64,000 nt of DNA, taken from NCBI GenBank assembly GCA_021153165.1, contig JAGKTZ010000003.1:6506-70505 (forward strand), given 5' to 3'. Below, in pieces: positions 20,558 to 31,268 of this stretch; position 1 is the stretch's first letter; every line of letters starts with the position of its first letter. The DNA is from Prevotellaceae bacterium. GTDB taxonomy: Bacteria; Bacteroidota; Bacteroidia; Bacteroidales; Bacteroidaceae. The position numbers and the translations under genes are program-made. The notes below the pieces were generated by a model, which was given only the letters and a program-made list of their open reading frames with translations, ran no database searches and had not been told where the DNA came from.

Positions 20558-22252
20558 ATGAGAATAAAGCATTTCCTGCTCGCACTGCTCTGCGCAGCAT
20601 GCTCCCTGGTGTCAGCACAACAGGTGGCACTGATTCCTCAACCCGCACAAATGCGTGTGGACAACGGCTATTTTGTAATGCAAAAGAAAGTGGCGCTCTG
20701 CTATCCCAGTGGCGAGAGCAAAGAGGTGAAAGCGGTGGTCACACGATTTGCCGACGAAGTGAAGAAGACTACTGGTGTGAAGGTGAAGACTTGCATCTAC
20801 AGAAATACGCCCTGCGCCAAAGGCATGGGATGCTGCAAAAGCGATACTCGCCGCATCATCCTGCACACAGACAAAGCACTTGGCGACGAAGCCTATAAAC
20901 TGAGCGTCAGCACCGAGGCGATTAATATCACCGCTGCCCAACCTGCTGGATTTTTCTACGCTCTGCAGACACTCAAGCAGCTGCTCCCCGCCAACGTCAT
21001 GGCTGGGGTGAAGGATGCCAACGTGAGCGAATGGCGCATCCCCGTGATCGAAATCGACGACTGTCCCCGATTCGGTTGGCGTGGGTTCATGCTCGACGAA
21101 GGCCGCCACTTCTATGGCAAAGCAGAAATCAAAAAAGTGCTCGACGTCATGGCCGCCTACAAGATGAACCGTTTCCACTGGCACCTGACCGAGGACCAGG
21201 GCTGGCGCATTGAGATCAAGAAATATCCCCGTCTGACAGAGGTGGGCGCATGGCGCGACAGCAAGGTTTGTGCTTGGGGCGACGTGAAACCCGACGGCAT
21301 CAGATACGGCGGCTACTACACCAAAGCAGACGTGCGCGAAATCGTAGCTTATGCCAAGGAACGCTTCATCGAAATCATCCCCGAGGTAGACATCCCTGGC
21401 CATTCGCAAGCAGCCGTGGCGTCCTATCCCGAATTTCTGGCATGCGACCCCGAAGCCAAACATGAGGTGTGGTTGTGGCAGGGCGTGTCGGCAGATGTCA
21501 TCAATGTCTCAAATCCGGGGGCTGTACAGTTTGCCAAGGACGTGATCGACGAACTGACCGATCTCTTCCCCTACCAATACATCCACCTGGGCGGCGACGA
21601 ATGTCCCACGCACAAGTGGGAGCACAATGCCGACTGCCAGGCGCTTCTGAAACAACTGGGGTCAAACAATTATCGCGACTTGCAAATCAATTTCTACAAG
21701 CAACTGAAGGAGCATATCGCCGCAAAACCTGCCGACAAGCAGCGCAAACTGATTTTCTGGAACGAAGTGTTGCACGGCAATACTAAGTCACTGGGTCAGG
21801 ACATCACCATCATGGCATGGATCGGTGCGGATGGTGCTGCCAAGGATGCTGCTGAGCGCGGTTTCCATACGATTCTGACGCCACAGATCCCCTACTATAT
21901 CAACCGCAAGCAGTCCAATCTGCCCACCGAGCCCCATTCGCAAGGTTATGGCACGGAGACGGTCGAAGCTGTGTACAACTATGTACCGATGAAGAATATC
22001 CCCACCGAATTGCAGTCGAAATATTTGGGCGTGCAAGCCAACTTTTGGACCGAGTGGGTCGTATCGGCCGACCACATGCAATATCTGATGCTGCCCCGCT
22101 TGGCTGCTGTGGCCGAGGCAGGATGGACGCCACAATCGCTGCGCGATTACAAGGACTTCGAGCAGCGTCTGCAAGGCGAGGCCGACTACTATCGCCTGAA
22201 GGGGGTCAACTATGGCAAGCACGTCTTTCGCACAGTCGACACCAGCAAATGA
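20558..22252 (+). CDS. Beta-N-acetylhexosaminidase (GH20)
   Basis: Signal peptide MRIKHFLL...SA-Q; PRFGWRGFMLDEGRHF; HWHLTEDQGWR; catalytic HLGGDE; WTEWV; PRLAAVAE. Confidence 0.95.
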   Translation: MRIKHFLLALLCAACSLVSAQQVALIPQPAQMRVDNGYFVMQKKVALCYPSGESKEVKAVVTRFADEVKKTTGVKVKTCIYRNTPCAKGMGCCKSDTRRIILHTDKALGDEAYKLSVSTEAINITAAQPAGFFYALQTLKQLLPANVMAGVKDANVSEWRIPVIEIDDCPRFGWRGFMLDEGRHFYGKAEIKKVLDVMAAYKMNRFHWHLTEDQGWRIEIKKYPRLTEVGAWRDSKVCAWGDVKPDGIRYGGYYTKADVREIVAYAKERFIEIIPEVDIPGHSQAAVASYPEFLACDPEAKHEVWLWQGVSADVINVSNPGAVQFAKDVIDELTDLFPYQYIHLGGDECPTHKWEHNADCQALLKQLGSNNYRDLQINFYKQLKEHIAAKPADKQRKLIFWNEVLHGNTKSLGQDITIMAWIGADGAAKDAAERGFHTILTPQIPYYINRKQSNLPTEPHSQGYGTETVEAVYNYVPMKNIPTELQSKYLGVQANFWTEWVVSADHMQYLMLPRLAAVAEAGWTPQSLRDYKDFEQRLQGEADYYRLKGVNYGKHVFRTVDTSK

Positions 22253-22331
22253 TCCACATCGCACCCCATACATCGTGGCAGCCATGCGCTGCCACTTTTT
22301 TTGTATCCATATGTTTCTTACAAGCCCCCAT

Positions 22332-22687
22332 ATTTGTCAAAATTTTTCGCATTTTCGGAGCACGAGAATCGCTCAGAATCATTCACCCCGACCTTTGGTC
22401 GTAAATACGCGATTCTCGCGAGGTTAAAATCCGCAGTTTTTTGCACAAAAATTGAAAAAACCTAGGGTTTTTATAGCTTTTTCGTGAAAAAGTGGGGTTT
22501 ATTTACAAAAAAATCGGGTACGGAAAAATAAAAAAAGTCTAGGGTTTGTGAAAAAAAGGTTAGACCTTTTTCAAAAAACATTAGACTTTTTTTCAACAAA
22601 GCCTTACTTTTTTCCGACAAGGCTAAGTGTGGTATAAACTGCGTCTTCTATTTCATCAAATGCATTTGTCAAAATTTTTCGCATTTT
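22332..22687. repeat. Intergenic element B, copy B1 (direct-repeat bounded, contains 21-bp array)
   Basis: Identical 24-mer ATTTGTCAAAATTTTTCGCATTTT at 22332-22355 and 22664-22687; array at ~22530-22620. Confidence 0.9.
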
Positions 22688-22940
22688 TTGCAGTCACGCC
22701 CTACCCTCAAATCAAAAATCCTTGCTACGCATTTCGCCACAATTTCAGACAACCCCAGCACGCCCTTTGTCAGAAAATCAACCTACGTTTTTTGCTCAAA
22801 AAGTCCATTTTATGCACATATTTTGGCACGTTGTGCACCATTCTGTGCATTTTTCGCCTTAAATTCTTGTCTATCTAAATATAAAGATATATTTTTGCAG
22901 GCAGAAAATAAGTAACATTATTAATCTAAAAACAAGTACT

Positions 22941-23174
22941 ATGTCTGAAATTGCAGCAAAAGTAAAAGCTATTATCGTAGACAAACTCAGTGTAGATGAA
23001 GCAGAAGTAAAGAACGAAGCAAGCTTCGCTAACGACCTCGGTGCAGATTCTTTGGATACTGTAGAATTGATCATGGAATTCGAAAAGGAATTCGGTATCT
23101 CTATTCCCGATGATCAAGCTGAAAAGATCTCTACTGTTGGTGATGCTATCGCTTACATCGAAGCTAACGCATAA
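22941..23174 (+). CDS. acpP: Acyl carrier protein
   Basis: [12 protein letters not shown] phosphopantetheine motif; -7 box TATTTTTG at 22890. Confidence 0.98.
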   Translation: MSEIAAKVKAIIVDKLSVDEAEVKNEASFANDLGADSLDTVELIMEFEKEFGISIPDDQAEKISTVGDAIAYIEANA

Positions 23175-23220
23175 TAACTCAACACACAGTTCTTTGGTAC
23201 CACAAGTAACAAAGTAACCC

Positions 23221-23473
23221 TTGCGGATTTGCAAGTTTGTAGATGCTGACAGAACGCTCCCGTTCGTTGCATTTCCGAATTTGCAAATTCGCAATTTCTC
23301 ATTTTTCAACAGGGGTGGATCGGACGTAATGCCTTAAAACATTCATACTACACATCCGATATCAGGCCACCAACACTTAGGAGGTAGGTTCTAAAAACGT
23401 GTGATACGCCCACGGGGCAGACTGGTACACACAATGAGAAAAAGGAGTTTTTAGAACCCACCTGTACTTAGTG
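23221..23473 (+). other. Structured acpP-fabF intercistronic RNA (three long stems)
   Basis: Arms 23221-23246/23269-23294, 23314-23324/23355-23371 and 23382-23398/23447-23463. Confidence 0.65.
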
Positions 23474-23505
23474 ACCGAATTTAAATCCCTATTAAAAACG
23501 AAATT

Positions 23506-24560
23506 ATGGAATTAAAAAGAGTTGTAGTAACAGGTCTTGGCGCATTGACCCCAGTGGGAAACACTGTGCCTGAAACTTGGGAAAATATCAAAAAAGGTGT
23601 CAGCGGTGCTGGCCCTATCACCTACTTCGACGCAACAAACTTCAAGACTCAGTTTGCTTGCGAAGTGAAAAATTTCAAAGCGACAGATTTCATCGACCGT
23701 AAGGAAGTACGCAAAATGGACCTTTACGAACAATTTGCAGTAGTCGCTGCAATGGAAGCAGTAAAGGATAGCGGCATGGACCTTGAGACCGTAGACAAAA
23801 ACCGTATAACGCTATCGCCGACGCGTTCAACCTGATCCGCTTGGGCAAGGCTAATGTGATGGTGACAGGTGGTGCTGAAGCCGCTATCTGCGAAGGTGGC
23901 GTGGGTGGTTTCAATGCGATGCACGCCCTCTCTACCCGCAACGACGACCCAACACGTGCCAGCCGCCCCTTCAGCGCTAGTCGCGACGGATTCATCATGG
24001 GCGAAGGCGCAGGTGTATTGATTTTGGAAGAATTGGAACATGCCAAGGCACGCGGTGCTCACATCTATTGCGAATTGGCAGGTGTAGGTATGTCTGCAGA
24101 TGCTCACCACATCACAGCATCTCACCCCGAGGGCCTCGGTGCTCACCTGGTGATGAGCAATGCTCTGGAAGATGCTGGCATGAAGCCCGAAGATATCGAC
24201 TATATCAATGTGCATGGCACTTCTACGCCTGTGGGTGACGTTTCTGAAGTCAAGGCTATCACCAAGCTCTTTGGCGAACACGCCTACAAGCTCAATATTA
24301 GTTCGACTAAGTCTATGACTGGCCACCTTCTCGGCGCAGCTGGTGCAGTGGAAGCACTCTTCTGCTGCTTGGCAGTGCAGAATGATATCGTACCTCCTAC
24401 GATCAACCACGAAGAAGGCGACAACGACGAAAACATCGACTACAACCTCAACTTTACCTTCAACCAAGCACAAGAACGCCCCATCCGTGCTGCACTGAGC
24501 AACACCTTCGGCTTCGGCGGTCACAATGCGTGCTGTATAATGAAGAAGTACGAGGCATAA
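23506..24560 (+). pseudogene. fabF: Beta-ketoacyl-ACP synthase II with internal deletion and frameshift (real lesion or assembly error)
   Basis: MELKRVVVTGLG...VDKNR is joined at ~23807, out of frame, to NAIADAFNLIRLGKAN...HGTSTP...GHLLGAAG...NTFGFGGHN. The segment with the catalytic Cys is missing. Confidence 0.9.
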
Positions 24561-24630
24561 TCCCACACCGGGAATTATCAGCGACCCATAAAGTCTGTGC
24601 CTGAATAGGTACGCAATACACCATAAACGA

Positions 24631-24672
24631 CCTGCAATCTTGTGCCCCAAACCTATTGCGCAAGATTGCAGG
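24631..24672 (+). promoter_or_regulatory. 15-bp stem-loop just upstream of rnc
   Basis: CCTGCAATCTTGTGC / GCGCAAGATTGCAGG. Confidence 0.55.
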
Positions 24673-24700
24673 CAAGTTATTTCTTTACTTATATATTATT

Positions 24701-25984
24701 ATGATAATCTCAAATCTAATAGACCGTGCGAGACTCGTGTTTAGCAAAAACAAGGAGCTGCGCAAGGCTTTGTACGGCATATTCGGTTTCTATCCCCATA
24801 GCCTGGAAGTTTATCGCATTGCACTCGCCCACAAATCCCATGCCTATCGCAACCGCAAGGGACGCTCGTTCAACAACGAACGCTTGGAATTTCTGGGAGA
24901 TGCTATCCTCGAAGCCGTAGTCAGCGATATTGTTTACCATCGCTACGACCGCAAGCACGAAGGGTTCTTGACCAACACACGAAGCAAGATCGTGCAGCGC
25001 GCTTCGCTCAACAAACTGGCCAAAGAATTAGGCATAGAAGCGCTGATCCAAGCCCCCACGCAAAATCGTGGACACAATAGTTATATAGGCGGCAATGCAT
25101 TTGAAGCGCTGATGGGCGCCGCATATCTGGACCGTGGCTATGCTTGCTGCAAGTGGTTCATCGAACATCGTATCATAGGCAAACTGCTCGACATCGATGG
25201 GGTGGCTAATAAAGAAGTGAACTTCAAGAGCAAATTGCTGGAATGGAGTCAGAAGAACAAGATGCAGGTGGAATTCCTGCTCTCAGATTCTACACTCGAC
25301 AAATCGGGCAGTCCAGTCTTTCATACCACTATTAATATAGAAGGTATCGTGGCAGGCGAAGGCAAGGGTTACTCGAAGAAAGAAAGTCAACAGTTGGCTG
25401 CACGCGAAGCACTGACGAAGATGAACCGCGAACCTGCGTTTGTAGAAAGTGTATTCGACGCAAAAGCTAAGCGTACTGCGATGGAAGCAGAGGAATACTT
25501 CACCGTGCCACAATTGGACGAAATCGAAACACCAGTACAGGAAGCACAAACAACAGCAGACACAGCAGCTCCGGCAGAACGTCCTGCAGAAAAGAAACCT
25601 TATCGCAGCCACGCACGCCGTAGCCCTGTAGCTGAACGCAAAGAGAAAGAAGAAAAAAGAGCTGCTATCGCTAAGGCTCAATCAGAACCTGCAGCCAACA
25701 AGCAAAAGCCTGCGCCAACTAAGGAAACACCAAAGAAAACAGCGCAGCAACCTAAGGAAAAGAAAACGGAGGCAAATACGCCCAAACGCGAACCTGCTGC
25801 AACTAAAAGCATGGAGGTTTCTGCTGAAGTCAAGGCGGAGAAACAGGAACAAAAACCTGCTAAAAGGAAACCAAGACCTAAGCGTCCGCAAATGACGGAA
25901 GAGGAAAAGGCTGCCCTGCAAACTCAACGCGAAGAGCAGATCCGTGCTGCCGAAGAAGCGGCTTACGCAGAATTGTCAAATTAG
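24701..25984 (+). CDS. rnc: Ribonuclease III with long low-complexity C-terminal extension
   Basis: NERLEFLGDAIL signature, GNAFEALMGA, dsRBD NFKSKLLEW...GKGYSKKESQQ; K/P/A/E-rich tail. Confidence 0.95.
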   Translation: MIISNLIDRARLVFSKNKELRKALYGIFGFYPHSLEVYRIALAHKSHAYRNRKGRSFNNERLEFLGDAILEAVVSDIVYHRYDRKHEGFLTNTRSKIVQRASLNKLAKELGIEALIQAPTQNRGHNSYIGGNAFEALMGAAYLDRGYACCKWFIEHRIIGKLLDIDGVANKEVNFKSKLLEWSQKNKMQVEFLLSDSTLDKSGSPVFHTTINIEGIVAGEGKGYSKKESQQLAAREALTKMNREPAFVESVFDAKAKRTAMEAEEYFTVPQLDEIETPVQEAQTTADTAAPAERPAEKKPYRSHARRSPVAERKEKEEKRAAIAKAQSEPAANKQKPAPTKETPKKTAQQPKEKKTEANTPKREPAATKSMEVSAEVKAEKQEQKPAKRKPRPKRPQMTEEEKAALQTQREEQIRAAEEAAYAELSN

Positions 25985-26053
25985 TCTTTTCCCTTTTGCT
26001 TGTTAATACTGGCGAAGGTTTTGACTATATTGTTTTCAATAAACTCATAGAAA

Positions 26054-26102
26054 AAAAGTCTGTAACATATCCCGCACTATCCAGGATTTGTTGCAGACTT
26101 TC
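26054..26102 (+). terminator. Hairpin/terminator after rnc
   Basis: AAAAGTCTGTAACA...TGTTGCAGACTTT. Confidence 0.6.
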
Positions 26103-26155
26103 TCGCCCCTACTGTTCACCTTGCTACATACAATCCTAAGACCACCTACCCCGCC

Positions 26156-26662
26156 ATGTCACATACTACCAAAGAACGACACAAAAATAGATCTGAGCGA
26201 ATCGCGTCGTCGCGTACCTACCACCTGACCAAACGTATTGCGAAGTGGATGGATCGCTATTACATCGACCCAATAATCGGTTTCTTCCTTCCTGGTTATG
26301 GTGACACAATAACCACCCTGCTCAACCTCCCCTATCTGTATGTAAGCGCATTCAAGGTACGCAGTCTCCCGCTTACGCTTGCTATTATTTTCAATACATT
26401 ACTGGATGTACTCATAGGACTTATACCCGTTCTTGGCGATCTGTTTGATATTTTCAACAAGTCGTACACCAAGAACTCACGCCTCCTGACTGGTTTCGTA
26501 GAAGGCGACCACAGCATCATCCGAGAAGTCAACCGCAAGGCGATTCTTTTGGGTGTGCTCTGTCTCATCCTTTGTCTTTTGATCTACCTCGTTATTCTCT
26601 TGATTGTACAATTGGGGATGTGGATAGGCGAACTTGGCAGTTCGTTAGTCAGTCTATTTTAA
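26156..26662 (+). CDS. DUF4112-like membrane protein
   Basis: MDRYYIDPIIGF.PGYGD and GLIPVLGDLFD motifs. Confidence 0.8.
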   Translation: MSHTTKERHKNRSERIASSRTYHLTKRIAKWMDRYYIDPIIGFFLPGYGDTITTLLNLPYLYVSAFKVRSLPLTLAIIFNTLLDVLIGLIPVLGDLFDIFNKSYTKNSRLLTGFVEGDHSIIREVNRKAILLGVLCLILCLLIYLVILLIVQLGMWIGELGSSLVSLF

Positions 26663-26984
26663 GCAAAACATAGCACTACTGACTTGCGCCAACCAGTCCA
26701 AGGCAACACGCAAGATGTACTGCTATAGCCACAAGATTGTTCCTATCTGTACTTCATTCAAACGGAATAGTATCGATATACTGAGAACATAGAACGACAG
26801 TACAGATTCTGCTAAATATAGCAACGATAAAATTTACTGAGACAGGATACGCCCATTGCAAAAAAGTGATTCGCGGTCCTCTACCTATCAAAGAAAATCA
26901 GTAACTTTGCCTTTCGTCTGCTCTCGCACTGCAACGAAGCAAAAGACGTAATAATTATCCCACGACATTAAGCAAAATTCGACT

Positions 26985-29600
26985 ATGGCAAAAGAAGAAC
27001 TCACCCCGATGATGAAGCAATTTCACGATCTCAAGGCAAAGCATCCCGATGCGATTTTGCTTTTTCGTTGTGGCGACTTCTATGAAACCTATTGCAGTGA
27101 TGCTGTCACCGCTTCCCAAGTGCTTGGCATCACGCTTACTCGACGTAACAACAAGGGTTCGCAGGCTGCCACCGAGATGGCGGGTTTCCCCTATCATGCC
27201 CTGGACACCTATTTGCCACGCTTAGTGCGTGCGGGTTTTCGCGTCGCTATTTGTGATCAATTGGAAGACCCTAAGTTGGCAAAGAAACTTGTCAAGCGCG
27301 GTATCACAGAACTTGTAACGCCAGGAGTAGCCATTAGTGACAATGTGCTCAATAGTCGTGAGAACAACTTCCTTTGCGCTGTGCATTTTGGTAAGGCGAG
27401 TCTCGGTATTTCCCTATTAGATATTTCTACAGGCGAGTTCTTGGTGGCCGAAGGTGCTCCGGAATATATAGACAAATTACTTGTAGGTTTTTCGCCCAAG
27501 GAGATTTTGGTAGAAAGTGGGATGAAGTCTCGTTTGAACGGTCTTTTTGGTAACAAATACTTTGTCTTTGAGTTGGAAGACTGGGCCTTTTCGGAAAATA
27601 CCTCTAAGGAAAAACTGTTGAAGCAATTCGAAGTAAAAAGTTTGAAAGGTTTTGGTGTGGATCACCTCAAAGATGCTTGTGTTGCGGCAGGAGCTGTGCT
27701 TTGCTATCTGGAACTGACTCACCACCACAATACTGGTCATATTACTTCGATCAGACGCATTGAGGAGGATCGCTTTGTGCGTCTGGACAAATTCACCGTA
27801 CGCAATCTAGAACTCGTTGCACCGATGAACGAGGGCGGTCAGTCTTTGCTCTCGGTATTGGACCGCACACTTACGCCAATGGGTGCACGCATGCTGCGCC
27901 GTTGGTTGCTCTTCCCTCTGCGTAATGTTGCGGCCATTCAGCGCCGCCAGGATGGAGTCGAGCATTTCTTTCGCAATCCCGACTTTAGAGATATTTGCCA
28001 GGAGGAACTGGCACGTGTCGGCGATATGGAACGTATTCTGTCCAAGGTGGCTGTGGGGCGTGCTAATCCCCGTGATATGCAACAATTGCGTATTGCCTTA
28101 GAGGGTGTGGAAGTACTGAAAAACGCTTGTCTTGAAGCTGAACAAGAAAATATACGACGTCTGGGCGAAGAGATGGTTTATTGTCGTGAACTGAAAGAAC
28201 GCATCCTGCGCACACTGCGCCCCGATCCTCCCGTGATGCTTAACAAAGGTGGCGTGATCGCTTCGGGTGTGAATCCGCAACTAGATGAATTGCGCAATAT
28301 CTCTTCTTCCGGCAAGGACTACCTCTTGCAAATCCAACAACGCGAGAGCGAGTTGACAGGTATTCCCAGTCTGAAAATTGGATTTAACAACGTTTTCGGT
28401 TACTATATCGAAGTGCGCAATACATACAAGGAGAATGTGCCTGCAGAGTGGGTACGCAAGCAGACGTTGGCGCAAGCAGAGCGTTACATCACACAGGAAT
28501 TGAAGGAGTACGAAGAGAAGATTCTCGGCGCCGAGGACCGTATCCTGGCACTAGAGACGCAGATATTCAACGACCTTCTGCAAGATGCGGCGACATACAT
28601 CACCGACTTGCAGCGCAATGCCGCAGCACTGTCACAACTAGACTGTTTGCATTCTCTGGCAGCCGTAGCGCGCGAGCGACGCTACGTTCGTCCTGTGATC
28701 GACGAGAGCCTATCGATAGATATTCGCCAAGGCCGACATCCCGTGATCGAAACTCTGATGCCTCCGGGCGAAGAGTATGTAGCCAACGATGTACAATTGG
28801 ATTGCAATGGCCAGCAAGTAATCATCATCACAGGGCCGAATATGGCTGGTAAGAGTGCTCTGTTGCGCCAAACGGCCCTAATCACGTTGATGGCACAGAC
28901 GGGTTCGTTTGTCCCAGCCGAGTCTGCGCAGATTGGTTGGGTAGACAAAATATTCACACGCGTAGGGGCCAGCGACAATATATCCGTAGGCGAAAGTACC
29001 TTTATGGTGGAAATGAGCGAGGCGGCTAATATCATGAACAATTTGACGCAGCGCAGTCTGGTCCTCTTCGACGAATTGGGTCGCGGCACCTCGACCTACG
29101 ATGGCATCTCTATCGCTTGGTCTATCGTAGAGTACATCCACGAGAATCCACGTGCTCATGCACGCACCCTGTTCGCCACACACTACCATGAACTGAACGA
29201 GATGGAGAAAACCTTCGAGCGCGTGAAAAACTGGAATGTATCGGTGAAGGAAGTCGGCGGTAAAGTGGTCTTCCTGCGTAAACTGATGCGTGGCGGTAGC
29301 GAGCACTCCTTTGGTATCCACGTAGCCCGATTGGCAGGGATGCCGGGCGTGATTGTGAAGCGTGCCGAAACGGTGCTCCAGGAGTTGGAACGTAGCAACG
29401 CGCGCGACGGTTCTGCTATGCCAAAGGGCGAAATGGGCGCATCAGCCCAAGGCGGAACACAACTGAGCTTCTTCCAATTGGACGACCCTGTATTGCAGCA
29501 AATCCGCGACGAAATCCTGCACCTCGATGTCAATAACCTGACGCCAATGGAGTCGCTCAACAAACTGCACGACATTCAGAAGATTTTGAAGGGAAAGTAG
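26985..29600 (+). CDS. mutS: DNA mismatch repair protein MutS
   Basis: [40 protein letters not shown]; -7 box TAACTTTG at 26902. Confidence 0.98.
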   Translation: MAKEELTPMMKQFHDLKAKHPDAILLFRCGDFYETYCSDAVTASQVLGITLTRRNNKGSQAATEMAGFPYHALDTYLPRLVRAGFRVAICDQLEDPKLAKKLVKRGITELVTPGVAISDNVLNSRENNFLCAVHFGKASLGISLLDISTGEFLVAEGAPEYIDKLLVGFSPKEILVESGMKSRLNGLFGNKYFVFELEDWAFSENTSKEKLLKQFEVKSLKGFGVDHLKDACVAAGAVLCYLELTHHHNTGHITSIRRIEEDRFVRLDKFTVRNLELVAPMNEGGQSLLSVLDRTLTPMGARMLRRWLLFPLRNVAAIQRRQDGVEHFFRNPDFRDICQEELARVGDMERILSKVAVGRANPRDMQQLRIALEGVEVLKNACLEAEQENIRRLGEEMVYCRELKERILRTLRPDPPVMLNKGGVIASGVNPQLDELRNISSSGKDYLLQIQQRESELTGIPSLKIGFNNVFGYYIEVRNTYKENVPAEWVRKQTLAQAERYITQELKEYEEKILGAEDRILALETQIFNDLLQDAATYITDLQRNAAALSQLDCLHSLAAVARERRYVRPVIDESLSIDIRQGRHPVIETLMPPGEEYVANDVQLDCNGQQVIIITGPNMAGKSALLRQTALITLMAQTGSFVPAESAQIGWVDKIFTRVGASDNISVGESTFMVEMSEAANIMNNLTQRSLVLFDELGRGTSTYDGISIAWSIVEYIHENPRAHARTLFATHYHELNEMEKTFERVKNWNVSVKEVGGKVVFLRKLMRGGSEHSFGIHVARLAGMPGVIVKRAETVLQELERSNARDGSAMPKGEMGASAQGGTQLSFFQLDDPVLQQIRDEILHLDVNNLTPMESLNKLHDIQKILKGK

Positions 29601-29644
29601 GAGAAAATCCTGGGCTTGATACAGAGAAAATGCGCCTTATTTCT

Positions 29645-29953
29645 GTGGAACATTTTCCTAATATCTGTTAATACGGATTTGCATTTCGCAGAAAAATATT
29701 GTACCTTTGTGATAAGAAAGTGGGGAACTAGCCAAATGCGGTTAGTTCCCCTTTAGTTTGCCCTATTTTTGAGCGAAAAAAGGTAAGACTTTGTGAAAAA
29801 TTCGCGACGGCTCGTTGAAAAAAGTCAAGAGTTTGTTGAAATTCCCCAAGGTTTTTTTTTGAAAAGGTCTCATCTTCTTTGCAGAAGGTTTGACCGATGT
29901 CCTACAACGTCTTAAACTTTCTTAAAAAAACGTAATTCTTCGGTCGTGAAACA
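29645..29953 (+). repeat. Intergenic element A, copy A1
   Basis: GTGGAACA 29645; TTTG 29678; TACCTTTG 29702; GATAAGAAAGTG 29711; hairpin 29722-29751; array core 29785-29823; CGTGAAACA 29945. Confidence 0.88.
29711..29760 (+). ncRNA. Predicted ~50-nt transcript of element A1
   Basis: Full -33/-7 promoter (20-nt spacer) directly followed by a 12-nt leader, stem GGGGAACTAGCC/GGTTAGTTCCCC and a U-rich tail. Confidence 0.5.
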
Positions 29954-30062
29954 ATCACGAATCGCGCGTTCCCCTGTTCGGGTGGTTTATCCCAATAGAC
30001 AGGTTTTTCATTTTCCCATAGCAAAACGAATCAAAAGCGCATAAAAAATCCAATAAATGAGT

Positions 30063-31124
30063 CTAACATAGTATTATATGTTTCTCTTGTAAAAATATAG
30101 TTATTTTGTCAAGTTCTTCTTTAATCTTTGAAGCCACACAATTTGAAGATACTCCAAACTCATCATACTTCTTTCTACCAATCCAAACATTTGCTTGACA
30201 TCTATATCCGAATTTTTGGGTAAGAATTTCTACAGTTTGCTTCTCTGGTATTGACTGGCAATCAGCAATATGATACCCATTTTTCTTTTTAGATTTAAAT
30301 CGAATATTTATTGTGGCTTTATCAAATGTAACTTGTAAACCAGGATAGAATTCATATCTTTTTTCTTCATACCATTTAGAATTTACGGCAATAGTCTTAA
30401 AACAATTTATAATTTCTGATGATTGTAGCATAGGGATGCTATGAACTGGTAATTCATTCGGATTTATGGAATTAGAATTAGCACAAAACGCCTTAAGGAT
30501 GCTTTGAGATACAAAACGATTTTTACCTCGTCCCATAAGATACTGCGGATGATAAAATCTATTATCTTCAAATTTGGGGAATAGATATTCTTGTTTCATT
30601 TCACAACGCACCAATTGAAAAATTTTGCTTGCTTTATCTATGAATCTCTTATCTGTCCCCAATGCACCCCAACCTAAATAAATCGGACATTTATGTTGTC
30701 GTAGAGCTTTTATATCATCGTCTAGAGTTGAGAGGACTGCTTCTGTGGCTATTGTGCTAGATTTTATTGCGCCATCTAAATCTGCATTTCTAATATTAAA
30801 CAAGTTGAAAATTTGAATAACACCCTCCAGTGGTTTCCCATTATGACGTGCTATAAAAAGTTTTTCAATATTATGCATAGTGTTATCTGATGTAAACTGA
30901 TACCATGGAGTATTGCTATTGTCGAACATTGTTAAAGCTTTCAATTCAGCCTCTGTGATATTTGTTTGAAGAGGCTTAGCGCTTCCTGGATTTTTCATCA
31001 CAATAGAGCCTATAACGTCCCAAGAATCTCCAAATTGCAGTATTGTACGCCATCTATATTGGAATCCATCTTTTGACAAATTCCAGTTTTTGTCATTTCC
31101 TAAGTAGTGTGCAAATACCTTCAT
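30063..31124 (-). CDS. AT-rich hypothetical protein with DUF1643-like (UDG-superfamily-like) N-terminal domain
   Basis: Motifs VMKNPGSA, D.TM, IFNLFNIR, YLGWG and YHPQY; visibly much more AT-rich than its neighbours. Confidence 0.6.
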   Translation of the reverse strand: MKVFAHYLGNDKNWNLSKDGFQYRWRTILQFGDSWDVIGSIVMKNPGSAKPLQTNITEAELKALTMFDNSNTPWYQFTSDNTMHNIEKLFIARHNGKPLEGVIQIFNLFNIRNADLDGAIKSSTIATEAVLSTLDDDIKALRQHKCPIYLGWGALGTDKRFIDKASKIFQLVRCEMKQEYLFPKFEDNRFYHPQYLMGRGKNRFVSQSILKAFCANSNSINPNELPVHSIPMLQSSEIINCFKTIAVNSKWYEEKRYEFYPGLQVTFDKATINIRFKSKKKNGYHIADCQSIPEKQTVEILTQKFGYRCQANVWIGRKKYDEFGVSSNCVASKIKEELDKITIFLQEKHIILC

Positions 31125-31195
31125 TTTACTTCTCAATATACTTATTCCACATCCCGTTAATTTTGTCTGCTGAAAATCATAAGTTGGTTTAACTG

Positions 31196-31249
31196 TAATG
31201 TGTCATGATTAAAAAAGAGCAGTAACTCCTTTTTGATCATGACACATTA
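31196..31249. terminator. Long inverted repeat (probable terminator of the minus-strand operon)
   Basis: TAATGTGTCATGAT...ATCATGACACATTA, 14-bp perfect arms extendable to ~24 bp. Confidence 0.65.
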
Positions 31250-31268
31250 ATAAAACACTCCAGAACGA

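Noticed and set aside
22332-22687. Invertible promoter (Bacteroides-type inverton) or classical MITE
   Set aside because: The bounding repeats are direct, not inverted, and no invertase or transposase is in the window.
23801-23841. Programmed frameshift in fabF
   Set aside because: No slippery site, and a frameshift could not restore the missing active-site segment.
23724-24650. 308-aa antisense ORF (also 33884-34864, 32088-33017, 20612-21463, 9969-10805 and similar)
   Set aside because: These are shadow ORFs opposite well-supported genes, expected from codon bias.
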